64,000 bases of DNA from a virus (Duplodnaviria > Caudoviricetes), in the IMG/VR virus record IMGVR_UViG_3300006115_000009, positions 1 through 64,000 of that record; one strand, written 5' to 3'. Numbering within the stretch: the stretch's first letter is position 1; each line of letters begins with the position of its first letter. Both the position numbers and the translations under genes were made by a program. Shown here piece after piece: positions 53,236-62,955 of the stretch. The notes below the pieces were generated by a model, which was given only the letters and a program-made list of their open reading frames with translations, had not been told where the DNA came from and made no database searches.

Positions 53236-55277
53236 TTCCTACCTCGTTCCGTTAGTTCCCTAACTAATCCATCCATAACACTGCCACCCTCTACTTCTTT
53301 GCCGTCAGTAACGGCGTCAACAACAACCTTCTTCTTTTCTAACAGGTCGTACATGGTCTCGTCAATAGTTCCTGAAACGAGTAGATACCATGCGGTTGCG
53401 CCGTGCATGTCGTTGGCTCGGGCGTAGCACCGGCTAACACACTGTTCGTGAAGAGCAGGTGTCCATCCTAGTTCACAAAATATTACATCGCTCGCGGCGG
53501 TCAATGTCAAGCCTTCGCTGGCCGAGGTCATGTTGGCTATGAATAAGCGCACGCTGGGGTCGTTCTGGAAACTTTCAACCGCCTTCTGCCGGTCATCCAC
53601 CGACACCCCGCCACGAATTTTTACGGCGATTTTCTTGTAACGGTCGTACAGTCGCTCGACAAAATCGATGTGCTCGGCAAAGATGATTACCTTTTCGCCG
53701 TCGCCGGCCTCCAAGAAGTTGTCAATCCACTCAATAGCGGCGTCGTACTTAATCTTGGATACCACGTCACGCAAACCGGTGATTTTCACAAGACTCTGCG
53801 CCGCCTCAAGACGAATACGCTTCTGCCAATACGCGTCGGTTCCGTCACTGCCTTCTTCTTCCGCCAACGCTTGTGCTCGCTGGGCAAAGTACTCAACAAC
53901 GTCGACCTCAACACGTTGGTATTCCTTCATGTTGGTTTTGCTGACCTCAAGGTACTGAACGGCGTTGCGCAGTTCCGGCAGTTCGTCGAAAACGTCTTCT
54001 TTGCGCCGGCGCACAAAGCACAACTCGCGGAGTTTCAAGTTTAGTTCGGTGGTGTTACGAGCAATGTTGCGCTTCGGGGCGTAGCGGTTCTTGAATCGCC
54101 ACGGGCCACCAAACGCGTCAAGTCGGCCGACCGCTTCTAACTGCGGAATCAACTCGTCGGGGCGATTGGTAATCGGCGTACCGGTCAACAACAGCACAAA
54201 ATTTTCCGGGGGCAGAGCCTTCGCCAACTGCATCACCGCCGCAGTCCGTCGAACAGTCCAAATCTCTAGCGGACGTTCACACGCAGTATTGCACGCATAA
54301 CACATCTTGGAATTCGCACGCAACGACGCACCGCACGATGGACAACCATGTTTCTTCTGCCCATTCTTGATGGCGTGAGACTCGTCAACAACGAGCGAAC
54401 GATACCCGTGCTCAAAAATGTCAGTGTTTCGTTCCAAGCAAATGTCGTAATTTACAATGATTACGTCGGAAGGCTCGATTTTTTGAGATGTTTTGCCCGA
54501 AAGGACGGAGACCGTTAATTTTGGGAAAAATTTTTTAATCTCGCGCTGCCAATTTAATTTCAATGTATTTGGACATACAACAACCATAGGGAACTGGCCT
54601 TCTGAGGCGACTGTCGCAATAGCCTGTGCTGTTTTACCAAGACCGGGCTGGTCTCCGATAATGCCACGCCGCACGCGTTTCATGTAGGAAACCCCCGCCC
54701 GCTGATACGGCAACAGGGGGATGGCAATGCCTGGGATTTCCACGTCCGCGTCAATTGCTTGAGAGGCGTTGAGTAGTGCGATGGACTGTTCCATTACCTC
54801 TGAGGCACGGTCAACAAGTTCCTCGCTCATGCGCAGCCTGTTTTCCACCGCAAATTTCAAGGCGTCGGGGGAGTTTTTAATTGGACAGCGCCACACCTTG
54901 TTCTTACCATCCCAGCGGACTGACGGGATAAACATCCGCACCGCTTCAATCATGCTGGGGTTGTAGTCAAAACGGATGACAATTTCGTCTCCCTCAAGGG
55001 TTACGTTGTAACGCTCCCCCGAATCGGAGAAATGCTTGCCGTCGTCTACCTTGTTTAACTCGGCCGGCAGGGATATGTTGTACTTAGATGCCAAAGCCTT
55101 AACCATTGGCGTTGAAGATAACGGGAAGGCGTTTACTTTTTTGTCCGCAATCCAGCGCCGGCCTTCAATTGCACGGCAATCCTGCAAAAACGCTTGGCTG
55201 AAACGAGCGTCAACGTAAATCTCCTCCCCGACAATCCAGGCGGTATTGCGTTTTGCGTAAAAGAATTTTGGGTTCAT
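53232..55277 (-). CDS. SNF2-family (HARP-like) helicase
   Basis: 'LLPYQ', 'DQPGLGKT', 'VDESH', 'LTGTP', 'SEGLTLT', HARP-like N-terminal repeats. Confidence 0.92.
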   Translation of the reverse strand: MNPKFFYAKRNTAWIVGEEIYVDARFSQAFLQDCRAIEGRRWIADKKVNAFPLSSTPMVKALASKYNISLPAELNKVDDGKHFSDSGERYNVTLEGDEIVIRFDYNPSMIEAVRMFIPSVRWDGKNKVWRCPIKNSPDALKFAVENRLRMSEELVDRASEVMEQSIALLNASQAIDADVEIPGIAIPLLPYQRAGVSYMKRVRRGIIGDQPGLGKTAQAIATVASEGQFPMVVVCPNTLKLNWQREIKKFFPKLTVSVLSGKTSQKIEPSDVIIVNYDICLERNTDIFEHGYRSLVVDESHAIKNGQKKHGCPSCGASLRANSKMCYACNTACERPLEIWTVRRTAAVMQLAKALPPENFVLLLTGTPITNRPDELIPQLEAVGRLDAFGGPWRFKNRYAPKRNIARNTTELNLKLRELCFVRRRKEDVFDELPELRNAVQYLEVSKTNMKEYQRVEVDVVEYFAQRAQALAEEEGSDGTDAYWQKRIRLEAAQSLVKITGLRDVVSKIKYDAAIEWIDNFLEAGDGEKVIIFAEHIDFVERLYDRYKKIAVKIRGGVSVDDRQKAVESFQNDPSVRLFIANMTSASEGLTLTAASDVIFCELGWTPALHEQCVSRCYARANDMHGATAWYLLVSGTIDETMYDLLEKKKVVVDAVTDGKEVEGGSVMDGLVRELTERGRK

Positions 55278-55313
55278 GGCGATAGCCTAATTATTTTTTT
55301 TAACGGCGTCCAC

Positions 55314-55343
55314 TTGCGCGTTGTACATTTGTTCTGCTATGCT
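55314..55343 (+). promoter_or_regulatory. recA promoter with candidate SOS box in the spacer
   Basis: TTGCGC-N18-TATGCT; GTAC-ATTT-GTTC at 55323-55334 (one mismatch to GAAC-N4-GTTC). Confidence 0.55.
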
Positions 55344-55366
55344 GGCTAAACAAACAAAGGAGATGT

Positions 55367-56398
55367 ATGGCTCGAAAATCAACAGCGTCAACCAGTGGTT
55401 CGCTGGAGTCTGTATTGCAAGACATTAATAAGCAGTTTGGTGCTGGCTCAATTATGCGCCTGACCGGGGAAGACATTAAGCCCGTCGAAACAATTCCTAC
55501 CGGCATTTTGCCACTGGACTTGGCGCTGGGCGTAGGTGGTTTGCCCAAGGGTCGCATTGTTGAGATGTACGGTCCGCCGTCGTCTGGCAAGTCCACGCTG
55601 TCGCTTCACTGTATTGCTGAGGCGCAAAAGGAAGGTTTGGTCTGTGCTTACATTGACGTAGAGCACGCTTTTGACCCCAACTACGCAACCGCCATTGGCG
55701 TTGACGTAACTTCGCTTATCTTCTCTCAGCCGGGGAATGCTGAGCAGGCGTTGGAGTTTGCCATTCGCTTGATTGAGAGCGGAGAAATTGGCGTTGTTGT
55801 TATCGACTCCGTGGCCGCTTTGGTTCCGCGCGCTGAACTGGAAGGCGAAGTCGGCGATGCTTTCGTCGGTCTCCAGCCACGCATTATCGGTCAAGCGATG
55901 CGCAAGATTACTGGCGCGGCGTCCAAGACCAACACGCTTGTAATCTTCATCAACCAGTTGCGTGAGTCAATTGGCAAGATTTACGGCCCTTCGGAATACA
56001 CCCCTGGCGGCAAGTCGCTCGGCTATGCGGCTTCTGTGCGTCTTGACATTCGACGCATTAAGACAATTAAACAGGGCGAGGAAGCAACCGCTAACCGCAC
56101 TCGTGTCAAGGTTGTCAAGAACAAGGTTGCTCCGCCTTACCGTGAGGCAGAGTTCGACCTCGAGTACGGCGTAGGCGTGCCAAAGTCAAACGTTCTGCTT
56201 GATTGCGCCATCGAACTTGGCGTTTTGCGTCAGTCGGGTGCTTGGATTTACTATGAAGGTGAGCAGTTTGCCAACGGTCGCAATAAGGCGAAGTTGAAGA
56301 TTGAGTCCAGCGAAGAGTTGTACGAAGAGTTGTACGTTCGCGTGAAGGCTTTGTCCGGCAACCTGACGATGGAAGTGGTGGAAGATGACGAGCGCTAA
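55367..56398 (+). CDS. recA: RecA recombinase (bacterial type, full length)
   Basis: 'GGLPKGRIVEMYGPPSSGKST', 'IDSVAAL', 'FINQLRE', 'KVVKNKVAPP'. Confidence 0.97.
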   Translation: MARKSTASTSGSLESVLQDINKQFGAGSIMRLTGEDIKPVETIPTGILPLDLALGVGGLPKGRIVEMYGPPSSGKSTLSLHCIAEAQKEGLVCAYIDVEHAFDPNYATAIGVDVTSLIFSQPGNAEQALEFAIRLIESGEIGVVVIDSVAALVPRAELEGEVGDAFVGLQPRIIGQAMRKITGAASKTNTLVIFINQLRESIGKIYGPSEYTPGGKSLGYAASVRLDIRRIKTIKQGEEATANRTRVKVVKNKVAPPYREAEFDLEYGVGVPKSNVLLDCAIELGVLRQSGAWIYYEGEQFANGRNKAKLKIESSEELYEELYVRVKALSGNLTMEVVEDDER

Positions 56399-56627
56399 AG
56401 AAAAACTCAACCGTCAAAAAGTTAATCGAAAGGCACTTGCGGACGCCGTTCGTGAGTGGTATCGTGGTCACAACTACGGACCGAGTTACCGTGATTTGTC
56501 GGTTGCGACTGGCATGTCACTAGGCACGGTTTATAGTGTGTGTCAGGAACTTCGTGAACTAGGCGTTCTCGACTTCCAAGACAATGTTGCAAGAACAATC
56601 AAACTAAGAAAGAAGGAAAGCAAGTGA
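56385..56627 (+). CDS. LexA-like winged-helix DNA-binding domain only
   Basis: 'YGPSYRDL...SLGTV...L..LGVL...NVARTI' matches LexA N-domain; no Ala-Gly cleavage site or S24 peptidase domain. Confidence 0.75.
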   Translation: MTSAKEKLNRQKVNRKALADAVREWYRGHNYGPSYRDLSVATGMSLGTVYSVCQELRELGVLDFQDNVARTIKLRKKESK

Positions 56628-57646
56628 ACAAGGTATCAGTAATCCCCGTTTGGGGTAAGACCATGAAGGAATGGGAAGAGATTCGCAGTGGCCTTCGTGG
56701 ACTTGGTGGGTCTGACGCAGGCACCGTTTGTGGTGTCAACAAGTACAAGTCACCATACGCTCTGTGGGGCGAGAAGACTGGCATTATTCCCAGCGACTTT
56801 GAGGGCAACGAGGCAACTAAGTGGGGTCACCGCTTGGAGCGCACCATTGCCGAAGCGTACGCTGAGGACTACAACGCGGCTGTTGTCGCTTGGCCGGTTA
56901 TCCTCGTGTCCGAGGAAAACCCGTTTATGTTTGCCAACCTCGACTTTGTAATTGTCGAGCCCAGCGAGAACTTCCCCGCCGGTGTTGTTACCGACTGGGA
57001 AAGCGTTATCGAGCCTAACGGCGTACACGGCATTCTCGAAGTTAAGACCGCCGGCATCGCAAGCCCCGGAAACCCCGGCGCTTGGGCAAACAACGCAATT
57101 CCGCTCAGTTACATGCTCCAGGGATACCACTACGGCATCACTACCGGTTGGAAGAACATTACTTTTGCCGCATTGGTCGGCGGTTCTGGGCTTCAGGTTC
57201 GCCACATGGATTGGGATGAAGAAGTCGCCGAAAACCTTGTTGTAAACGAGTCGCAGTTCTGGGACCTTGTAGAGATGCAGATTGCCCCAGACACCGATGG
57301 TAGCGAGGCAACCGAAAGTGCGCTTTCTGCACGTTACCCACGCCACGAAGCAGGTGTTGGCGTTGAAGGTGGAACCGAGTTGGCCGAGTTGTGGCGTGAG
57401 TTCAACGAAGCCAAGGAGCAGGCCGACGAAGCCGACACCAAGCGCAAGGCTTTGCGCGCCAAGATTCTTGAGATTGTCGGTAGCGCCGAGTACGCCACTG
57501 TTGACGGAAAGCCAATTCTGTCGTACAAGGCAAACAGCGACAGCGAAGTCTTGGACGCCAAGGCTTTGAAGGAAGCCATGCCAGAGGTTTACTCGCAATT
57601 TGCCAAGACCCGTGCGGGCGCACGAGTATTGCGAGCAATCAAGTAA
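56624..57646 (+). CDS. YqaJ/lambda-exonuclease-family recombination nuclease
   Basis: 'LGGSDAG', 'WGHRLE', 'ANLD', 'LEVKT', 'YMLQ'. Confidence 0.9.
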   Translation: MNKVSVIPVWGKTMKEWEEIRSGLRGLGGSDAGTVCGVNKYKSPYALWGEKTGIIPSDFEGNEATKWGHRLERTIAEAYAEDYNAAVVAWPVILVSEENPFMFANLDFVIVEPSENFPAGVVTDWESVIEPNGVHGILEVKTAGIASPGNPGAWANNAIPLSYMLQGYHYGITTGWKNITFAALVGGSGLQVRHMDWDEEVAENLVVNESQFWDLVEMQIAPDTDGSEATESALSARYPRHEAGVGVEGGTELAELWREFNEAKEQADEADTKRKALRAKILEIVGSAEYATVDGKPILSYKANSDSEVLDAKALKEAMPEVYSQFAKTRAGARVLRAIK

Positions 57647-59214
57647 TGGCTCCGCACGTCGTGTGGCATGTCCTCGTCAGAAATGGCGAGGACATGCTAC
57701 CGCTGTACCTTCAGTGCCTACAGGAACAGGATTACCCAAAGGAAGACATAACCCTTTACGTCCGCACCAACGACAACACTGATGCCACGGAAAGCATTAT
57801 TGAAAGTTGGCTTAGGTGGCATGGCGGTGAATATCGCGACGTTATTTACGACAACAGCCCTTCGCTGTTTCGCCCCGAGTTTTACGGCAACCACAATTGG
57901 GACGGGGGCCGAGTAGACCTTATGCGTCACTTGCGAGACAAAGGTTTGATGACGGCTCGAGACTTAAACGCCGACTTCTTCTTTACTTGCGACGTTGACA
58001 ACTTTATTCTGCCGGAAACACTTTCGTCTTTAGTCGAATTAAATCTTCCAGTTGTGGCACCATTGTTGCGCTACGCAGTCAACCCATTGGAGTGCGCGGA
58101 AATCCCGCCGTATCTTCTAAAGGGAACAGACTACACAAGCGCCAATTTTACTAACGTTGTCACTCACTACGGAGATACGCAAAACCTTCTTGAAGGCGGC
58201 GAAGAGCGATTCCCCGAAGGCTATATGGATTTGCTGTATAGGCGCAACCCCGGAGTTCACCCAGTCGACCTTGTGCATTGTTGCTATTTGGTTCATCGAG
58301 ATGTGTTTGGTCGCATCTCGTACCAGAACGGCGTAATGGGCGGATACGAGTACATCACGTTTGGCTTTAATCTGCGCTACAACGGAATCCAGCAGTACCT
58401 AGACAATCGTAAGAATTATGGGTGCCTTACAATGGCGTCCACGGCTCGAACGGCGTCGCTGTTCATGTTCGAACTTGGCGATGGGACTCTTCCTATTGAG
58501 TGGAAACCTCGCACTCCCGATATGTCAAAGACACCGCTAGGTTGGCCTGACGTTAATTTTCATCGCTTTGTCAACTTAGTAAAAGAATTGCTTGGCGAGG
58601 AAAAAGTTGAGCGCGTCTTGGACATTGGTGCCTGTAATGGTAACGAAAGTTACTTTATGCGGGACGCCTTCCCCAACGCTGAGATTATTGCGTTTGAGCC
58701 CAACCCTTACCAAAACGCCGTTTGTCGAGAAACGTTGGAGCAGTTAAGTAACGTCAAGGTGGAGCAACTCGCTTTGACCGATGCCAACGGCGAGATGAAG
58801 TTTTTTGCTTCAACAAATTTGGCGGGGTGTAGTTCGCTTTTAAAGCCGATGGACGACTTTGACGTGTTTCCCATCAACTACGTTGAGACAACTGTTGAGG
58901 CTAAGCGTTACGACGATTATAAATCCGACAACGGTTTGTTCAGCAAAAAAACTGTCATTTGGATGGACGTGCAGGGCAATGAGTTAAACACGCTCAAGGG
59001 TTTTGGCGACGCCATCGATGACGTAGAAATCATCTACACCGAGGTTGGGCTTAAGCCGTATTACGAAGGCCACACCCTTGCCCAAGACATTCAGAATTAC
59101 CTCGAGACCAGGGGTTTTGTTTTGCACACGGCTATCGGTTATTGGGAGTATGAAGCCAACGCAATTTTTGTCAAAAAGTATTTGACACCGCCTAGCGACG
59201 ATGCTAGTATTTAA
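57646..59214 (+). CDS. Fusion of collagen-galactosyltransferase-like GT-A domain and FkbM methyltransferase
   Basis: N-half 'VLVRN...L..QDYPK...DNTD.T..I...W...DVDNF...LPVVAPLL'; C-half 'LDIGAC...AFEP...MDVQGNE'. Confidence 0.8.
   Translation: MAPHVVWHVLVRNGEDMLPLYLQCLQEQDYPKEDITLYVRTNDNTDATESIIESWLRWHGGEYRDVIYDNSPSLFRPEFYGNHNWDGGRVDLMRHLRDKGLMTARDLNADFFFTCDVDNFILPETLSSLVELNLPVVAPLLRYAVNPLECAEIPPYLLKGTDYTSANFTNVVTHYGDTQNLLEGGEERFPEGYMDLLYRRNPGVHPVDLVHCCYLVHRDVFGRISYQNGVMGGYEYITFGFNLRYNGIQQYLDNRKNYGCLTMASTARTASLFMFELGDGTLPIEWKPRTPDMSKTPLGWPDVNFHRFVNLVKELLGEEKVERVLDIGACNGNESYFMRDAFPNAEIIAFEPNPYQNAVCRETLEQLSNVKVEQLALTDANGEMKFFASTNLAGCSSLLKPMDDFDVFPINYVETTVEAKRYDDYKSDNGLFSKKTVIWMDVQGNELNTLKGFGDAIDDVEIIYTEVGLKPYYEGHTLAQDIQNYLETRGFVLHTAIGYWEYEANAIFVKKYLTPPSDDASI
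59182..59210 (+). promoter_or_regulatory. sigmaA-type promoter upstream of ERF gene
   Basis: TTGACA-N17-TAGTAT in the last codons of the GT-FkbM gene. Confidence 0.65.
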
Positions 59215-59248
59215 TAGTCGTAAAGAAGCGACACGAAAGAAGGAATAT

Positions 59249-59917
59249 ATGCAAAGCGATTCAATCAAGGAATTGGTGACCGCACTCGTTTCCGCACAGG
59301 GCGAGTTCTCGGCTATCCCCAAGACTTCTGACAACCCATTCTTCAAGTCAAAGTACGCGGCTCTGCCAGACGTTGTTCTTCAGGCCACGCCCATTTTGAC
59401 CAAGAACGGTTTGTCGGTTATGCAGTTTGTTGGTTACGACGACGCCAACAACGACACTCTTACCACGTACCTTGCTCACACCTCCGGCGAGTACATCGTT
59501 CACACGATGAAGTTGCACCTGCCGAAGAATGACCCTCAGGGTCAGGGCTCGGCTATTACGTATGCGCGTCGTTACGCCTACATGTCGGCACTTGGCCTTG
59601 TTGCGGACAACGACGATGACGGCAACTACGCAAGTCTCCCCAAGAGCGCACCACAGCAGTCGTCCGCTGTGGCACCTAAGTCAGCAAACAACAGCCTTAG
59701 TGGCAAGGTTGCTTCTGCTACCGGTGGCAAGATGGCAACTGACGGAATGACCAAGATGATTTGGGCCATTACGCACAAGAGCCTGAACTGGGACGACGCA
59801 ACGATGTACGACACCATAGACACGCTTGTTGGCCGTAAGGTCGACAAGTTGACTGACCTGACCTTTGACGAGGCCAAGTTGGTCATTGACCACCTGAAGT
59901 CGCTTCAGGAACAATAG
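59249..59917 (+). CDS. ERF-family single-strand annealing protein
   Basis: 'NPFFKSKYAAL', 'PQGQGSAITYARRYA'. Confidence 0.9.
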   Translation: MQSDSIKELVTALVSAQGEFSAIPKTSDNPFFKSKYAALPDVVLQATPILTKNGLSVMQFVGYDDANNDTLTTYLAHTSGEYIVHTMKLHLPKNDPQGQGSAITYARRYAYMSALGLVADNDDDGNYASLPKSAPQQSSAVAPKSANNSLSGKVASATGGKMATDGMTKMIWAITHKSLNWDDATMYDTIDTLVGRKVDKLTDLTFDEAKLVIDHLKSLQEQ

Positions 59918-59929
59918 AAAGGAATCCAC

Positions 59930-60328
59930 ATGGGTTCATCAATCACAATTACCGGCAACCTTACTCGCGACCCTGAGTTGAAGTTCACCGACAGCGGTAT
60001 GGCTCGAGTTCGTTTTGGCGTTGCCGAGACTCGCAAGGTAAAGGACAAGGAAACCACCTCGTTCTACGACGTTGTGGCCTTCGGTAAGACTGCCGAAAAC
60101 ATCAGCGCATCTCTCGCTAAGGGCAGTGGCATTATTGTCACCGGCCGTCTTGAGGTTCGTCAGTACGACAAGAACGACGGCACCAAGGGTACCGCTGTTG
60201 AAATCGTCGCCGACGACGCGGGTGCACTGTTGCGTTTTGCAACGGCAAGCATCTCAAAGAACGAGAAATCTGGTGGCGCTCCATCACAGTCTCGCTCATC
60301 GTACGAATACGACGAAGAGCAGTTTTAA
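59930..60328 (+). CDS. ssb: Single-stranded DNA-binding protein
   Basis: 'ITITGNLTRDPELKFT', actinobacterial SSB pattern, acidic tail. Confidence 0.95.
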   Translation: MGSSITITGNLTRDPELKFTDSGMARVRFGVAETRKVKDKETTSFYDVVAFGKTAENISASLAKGSGIIVTGRLEVRQYDKNDGTKGTAVEIVADDAGALLRFATASISKNEKSGGAPSQSRSSYEYDEEQF

Positions 60329-60331
60329 CCA

Positions 60332-60703
60332 ATGACCGACGGCCCCGACTACTCGGCTCCGCTTAGTTATTCGCACATTGAAAACGCTATGCGTCATGCC
60401 ATCGACCAAATGGAAACGCTCACGAAGGATTTTGCGGTAACGGCAGACGAGTTCGGGGCCGCCGAGTCTTTGTATAAGGTTGCTTTTGCTAAGAGTCGGC
60501 TCATTGCTCGCACTTCTGGCGAAGGCAAAAAAGTCACTGCCGACGCCGCAGAAGACATTGCCACTGTAGAAACGGAAACGGAAAAGTTTGCGATGGAAGC
60601 AGCAAAAGCAAAGCACGACGCAACTAGACAGGCTTTAATGTCGGTGCGTAGTAAACTTGAAGCGTTGCGCAGTCTTATGGCTTCATACCGAGAGGTGAGT
60701 TAA
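60332..60703 (+). CDS. Helical hypothetical protein (common next to actinophage ssb)
   Basis: 123 aa coiled-coil. Confidence 0.65.
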   Translation: MTDGPDYSAPLSYSHIENAMRHAIDQMETLTKDFAVTADEFGAAESLYKVAFAKSRLIARTSGEGKKVTADAAEDIATVETETEKFAMEAAKAKHDATRQALMSVRSKLEALRSLMASYREVS

Positions 60704-60859
60704 ATTGTCATACGAAAGAGAAATAGAGCAATACATTACTGCTATTGAAACAGAAAATGCTGAACTCTCCAAAGAGGTAACGAATTTGCGACTTGAGTTG
60801 CGTCGTTACCGCCGGCTTGTTTCAATACTTGATTCGCAGCAGCAGCACACTGATTAGTA

Positions 60860-61252
60860 GTGGAACGACGCAAGCCCTTAAAAGCAAACAGCGAACTTAA
60901 GAAAACAGCATTAAAAGCAACGTCATCTTTAAAAGCAAAAAAGGGGCTATCAGCAACTAAGTCACTGAAGCCCCGCTCCAAAAAGATGAAAGATATATAT
61001 AAGCAACGCTCCGTCTTCGTGGCGGAGTTTTTGTCTAAGCACCCCCAATGTCAGGCGTACTGGGACGACAATTGCTTTGGTCGTTCCGTTGACGTGCACG
61101 AAATACTTCCGCGTAGTGCTGGTGGTAAAATCGTGAGCGACGACCTGTCGAACTTTATGGCAGTATGTCGTTACTGCCACACACAAATTACAGTCAACCC
61201 CGAAGAGGCTCACCGCCGAGGATTTAGGAAATGGTCATGGGAAAACCCGTAG
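60860..61252 (+). CDS. HNH endonuclease-like protein
   Basis: 'CQ...C...DVHEILPRSAGG...NFMAVCRYCH'. Confidence 0.8.
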   Translation: MERRKPLKANSELKKTALKATSSLKAKKGLSATKSLKPRSKKMKDIYKQRSVFVAEFLSKHPQCQAYWDDNCFGRSVDVHEILPRSAGGKIVSDDLSNFMAVCRYCHTQITVNPEEAHRRGFRKWSWENP

Positions 61253-61423
61253 AAACACACAGCGTAGAGATTGGCCCTGTCAAAAACGAATACTCCATTA
61301 AATGTTCTTGCGGAAGAAGCGCAAATGTTGCGACTCGCAACGAAGCCTATGTCCGCGGTCATCAACACATTGTAAATGTTGGTATTGGTAACCCAAGTGT
61401 CATTTAATTTTACCGAGTTTGAA

Positions 61424-61714
61424 ATGGCTGAGTTTTTGTCTCAGTTCATAACAAGACCTAAATTTTACAAACGCGCTGCGTGCAAGGGTATGGGGTTTAA
61501 CGACTTTTTTCCGGGGCGGGGTCAGTCTGGATTAGTACAGAAATCCATCAAAGTTTGCGAAAACTGTCCTGTGCGTTTTGACTGCTTTGACTATTCGCTT
61601 ACCGAAAAGATTGAGTATGGCGTATGGGGTGGAACGACGCCAGAACAACGCCTTGAAGTTACATCACTTGGACTAGACACGGAGTCTGCGTGGCAGCACC
61701 TAAATCTAGAATAA
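61424..61714 (+). CDS. whiB: WhiB-family transcription factor
   Basis: 'FYKRAACKG', 'VCENCPVRFDCFDY', 'GVWGGTTPEQR'. Confidence 0.9.
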   Translation: MAEFLSQFITRPKFYKRAACKGMGFNDFFPGRGQSGLVQKSIKVCENCPVRFDCFDYSLTEKIEYGVWGGTTPEQRLEVTSLGLDTESAWQHLNLE

Positions 61715-61999
61715 AGAGATTTTCGCTTCTTCTGCTCTTTGTTTTTTTAATTCTTTGACGCGGGCCGGGTAGGTTTCGTCCAACGTGCAAGTCATGTGCA
61801 CACTGTCGTAACGACAGTAGGGCTCACGGTCTTTTGATTGCGGGCAAAGGTCTCCGCAAACAATACAGGGCACCCAGGTAATCCCCTTGTATTGCTCTTT
61901 GTACTTGCGCACCATTTTTTTAACGTGCGCTACGTTCTGTGGCTCTTTGTTCTTCTTCACTAAAGAATTTGCAGGTCGCTCCAACCGAGGACACCGCAC
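61706..61999 (-). CDS. Cys-rich hypothetical protein
   Basis: 'CIVCGDLC...C...H..C'. Confidence 0.55.
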   Translation of the reverse strand: MRCPRLERPANSLVKKNKEPQNVAHVKKMVRKYKEQYKGITWVPCIVCGDLCPQSKDREPYCRYDSVHMTCTLDETYPARVKELKKQRAEEAKISLF

Positions 62000-62955
62000 C
62001 CCTTTCCGACGAGTAATGTTAGCATACCCGGCGGATAGTTATTTCCAGTAACGCTGGTGTACCAAGTGCTACCGCCATCAGACGCCGGCGACATAAATAC
62101 GTGACGCCCCGTTGCTCCTGACGCTACAAAGTGATGCAGGTGGCCGCAGAACAAAAGGTCGGCCTGAGCAATTGGCTGGCGACCCATTGCTTGGCCAAGC
62201 CACCACGATTCAATCTTGCCAATAGTTCCATTGGTCTTTACCCAGTTCTTGTTGCTTCCATTGCGGAACATGTGGCCATGAGCAAATCCACAGTTGATGC
62301 CAGCAATATTCAACGTAAGCGTTAAGTCATCTGCAATAGCGCCAAGTGGAACTTCTACGTTCTTGTAGCGCGCCTTGTTGTGAGATATTACCTCATTAAC
62401 GCCGTCAAAAATGGCAAGGTCGTCATTGTCGGTCCACGTTGTGTATGCGCGTCCGTAGGCATTGCGGTTCTCACCGTGGTTACCGGGCACAGCGCCCAAT
62501 ACAACGCGATATCCAGAGTCCACAAGAAGGTCAACAAAACGCAAAACCATGCGACGAGCCAAACGCATTTGTTCTCGGCGGTCTAAATCCGTCATGGCGG
62601 TCTGCATGTCGTAGTGTCCCGAGCATTGCTCGATAAGGTCACCCAGACCTACAAGGTACACGGTGGTAATTGCCTTGCCAATTTTTCTTAAATCAGCCAA
62701 GCGCATAAGCGTACGGTCTTGAAAGGTACAAATGCGGTCAGCAATTGCTTCGCTGCCGCCTCCTTCTTTTTTTCCCATTTGCCAGTCACTTAAGAGGCAA
62801 AGCATTGCCATGTCGCCCTCGGGGCCACTAACCGCCTTGGCTGGCTTACGCTTCATAACCGCTTCGCACAAAGCGTCAATGTCGGTGTTGTCAATCTCCA
62901 CCGGACGCAAACGTGTGCGATAAAATTCGGTTAGGTCAATTTTTTTGGACGCCAT
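61960..62955 (-). CDS. Calcineurin-like metallophosphoesterase (Mre11/SbcD-like)
   Basis: 'LSDWQ', 'GDLIE', 'GNHGE', 'HGH', 'GHLHH'. Confidence 0.88.
   Translation of the reverse strand: MASKKIDLTEFYRTRLRPVEIDNTDIDALCEAVMKRKPAKAVSGPEGDMAMLCLLSDWQMGKKEGGGSEAIADRICTFQDRTLMRLADLRKIGKAITTVYLVGLGDLIEQCSGHYDMQTAMTDLDRREQMRLARRMVLRFVDLLVDSGYRVVLGAVPGNHGENRNAYGRAYTTWTDNDDLAIFDGVNEVISHNKARYKNVEVPLGAIADDLTLTLNIAGINCGFAHGHMFRNGSNKNWVKTNGTIGKIESWWLGQAMGRQPIAQADLLFCGHLHHFVASGATGRHVFMSPASDGGSTWYTSVTGNNYPPGMLTLLVGKGCGVLGWSDLQIL

Noticed and set aside
60860-61252. Mobile homing endonuclease or intron
   Set aside because: Free-standing, interrupts no gene and has no intron structure; treated as an ordinary phage HNH.
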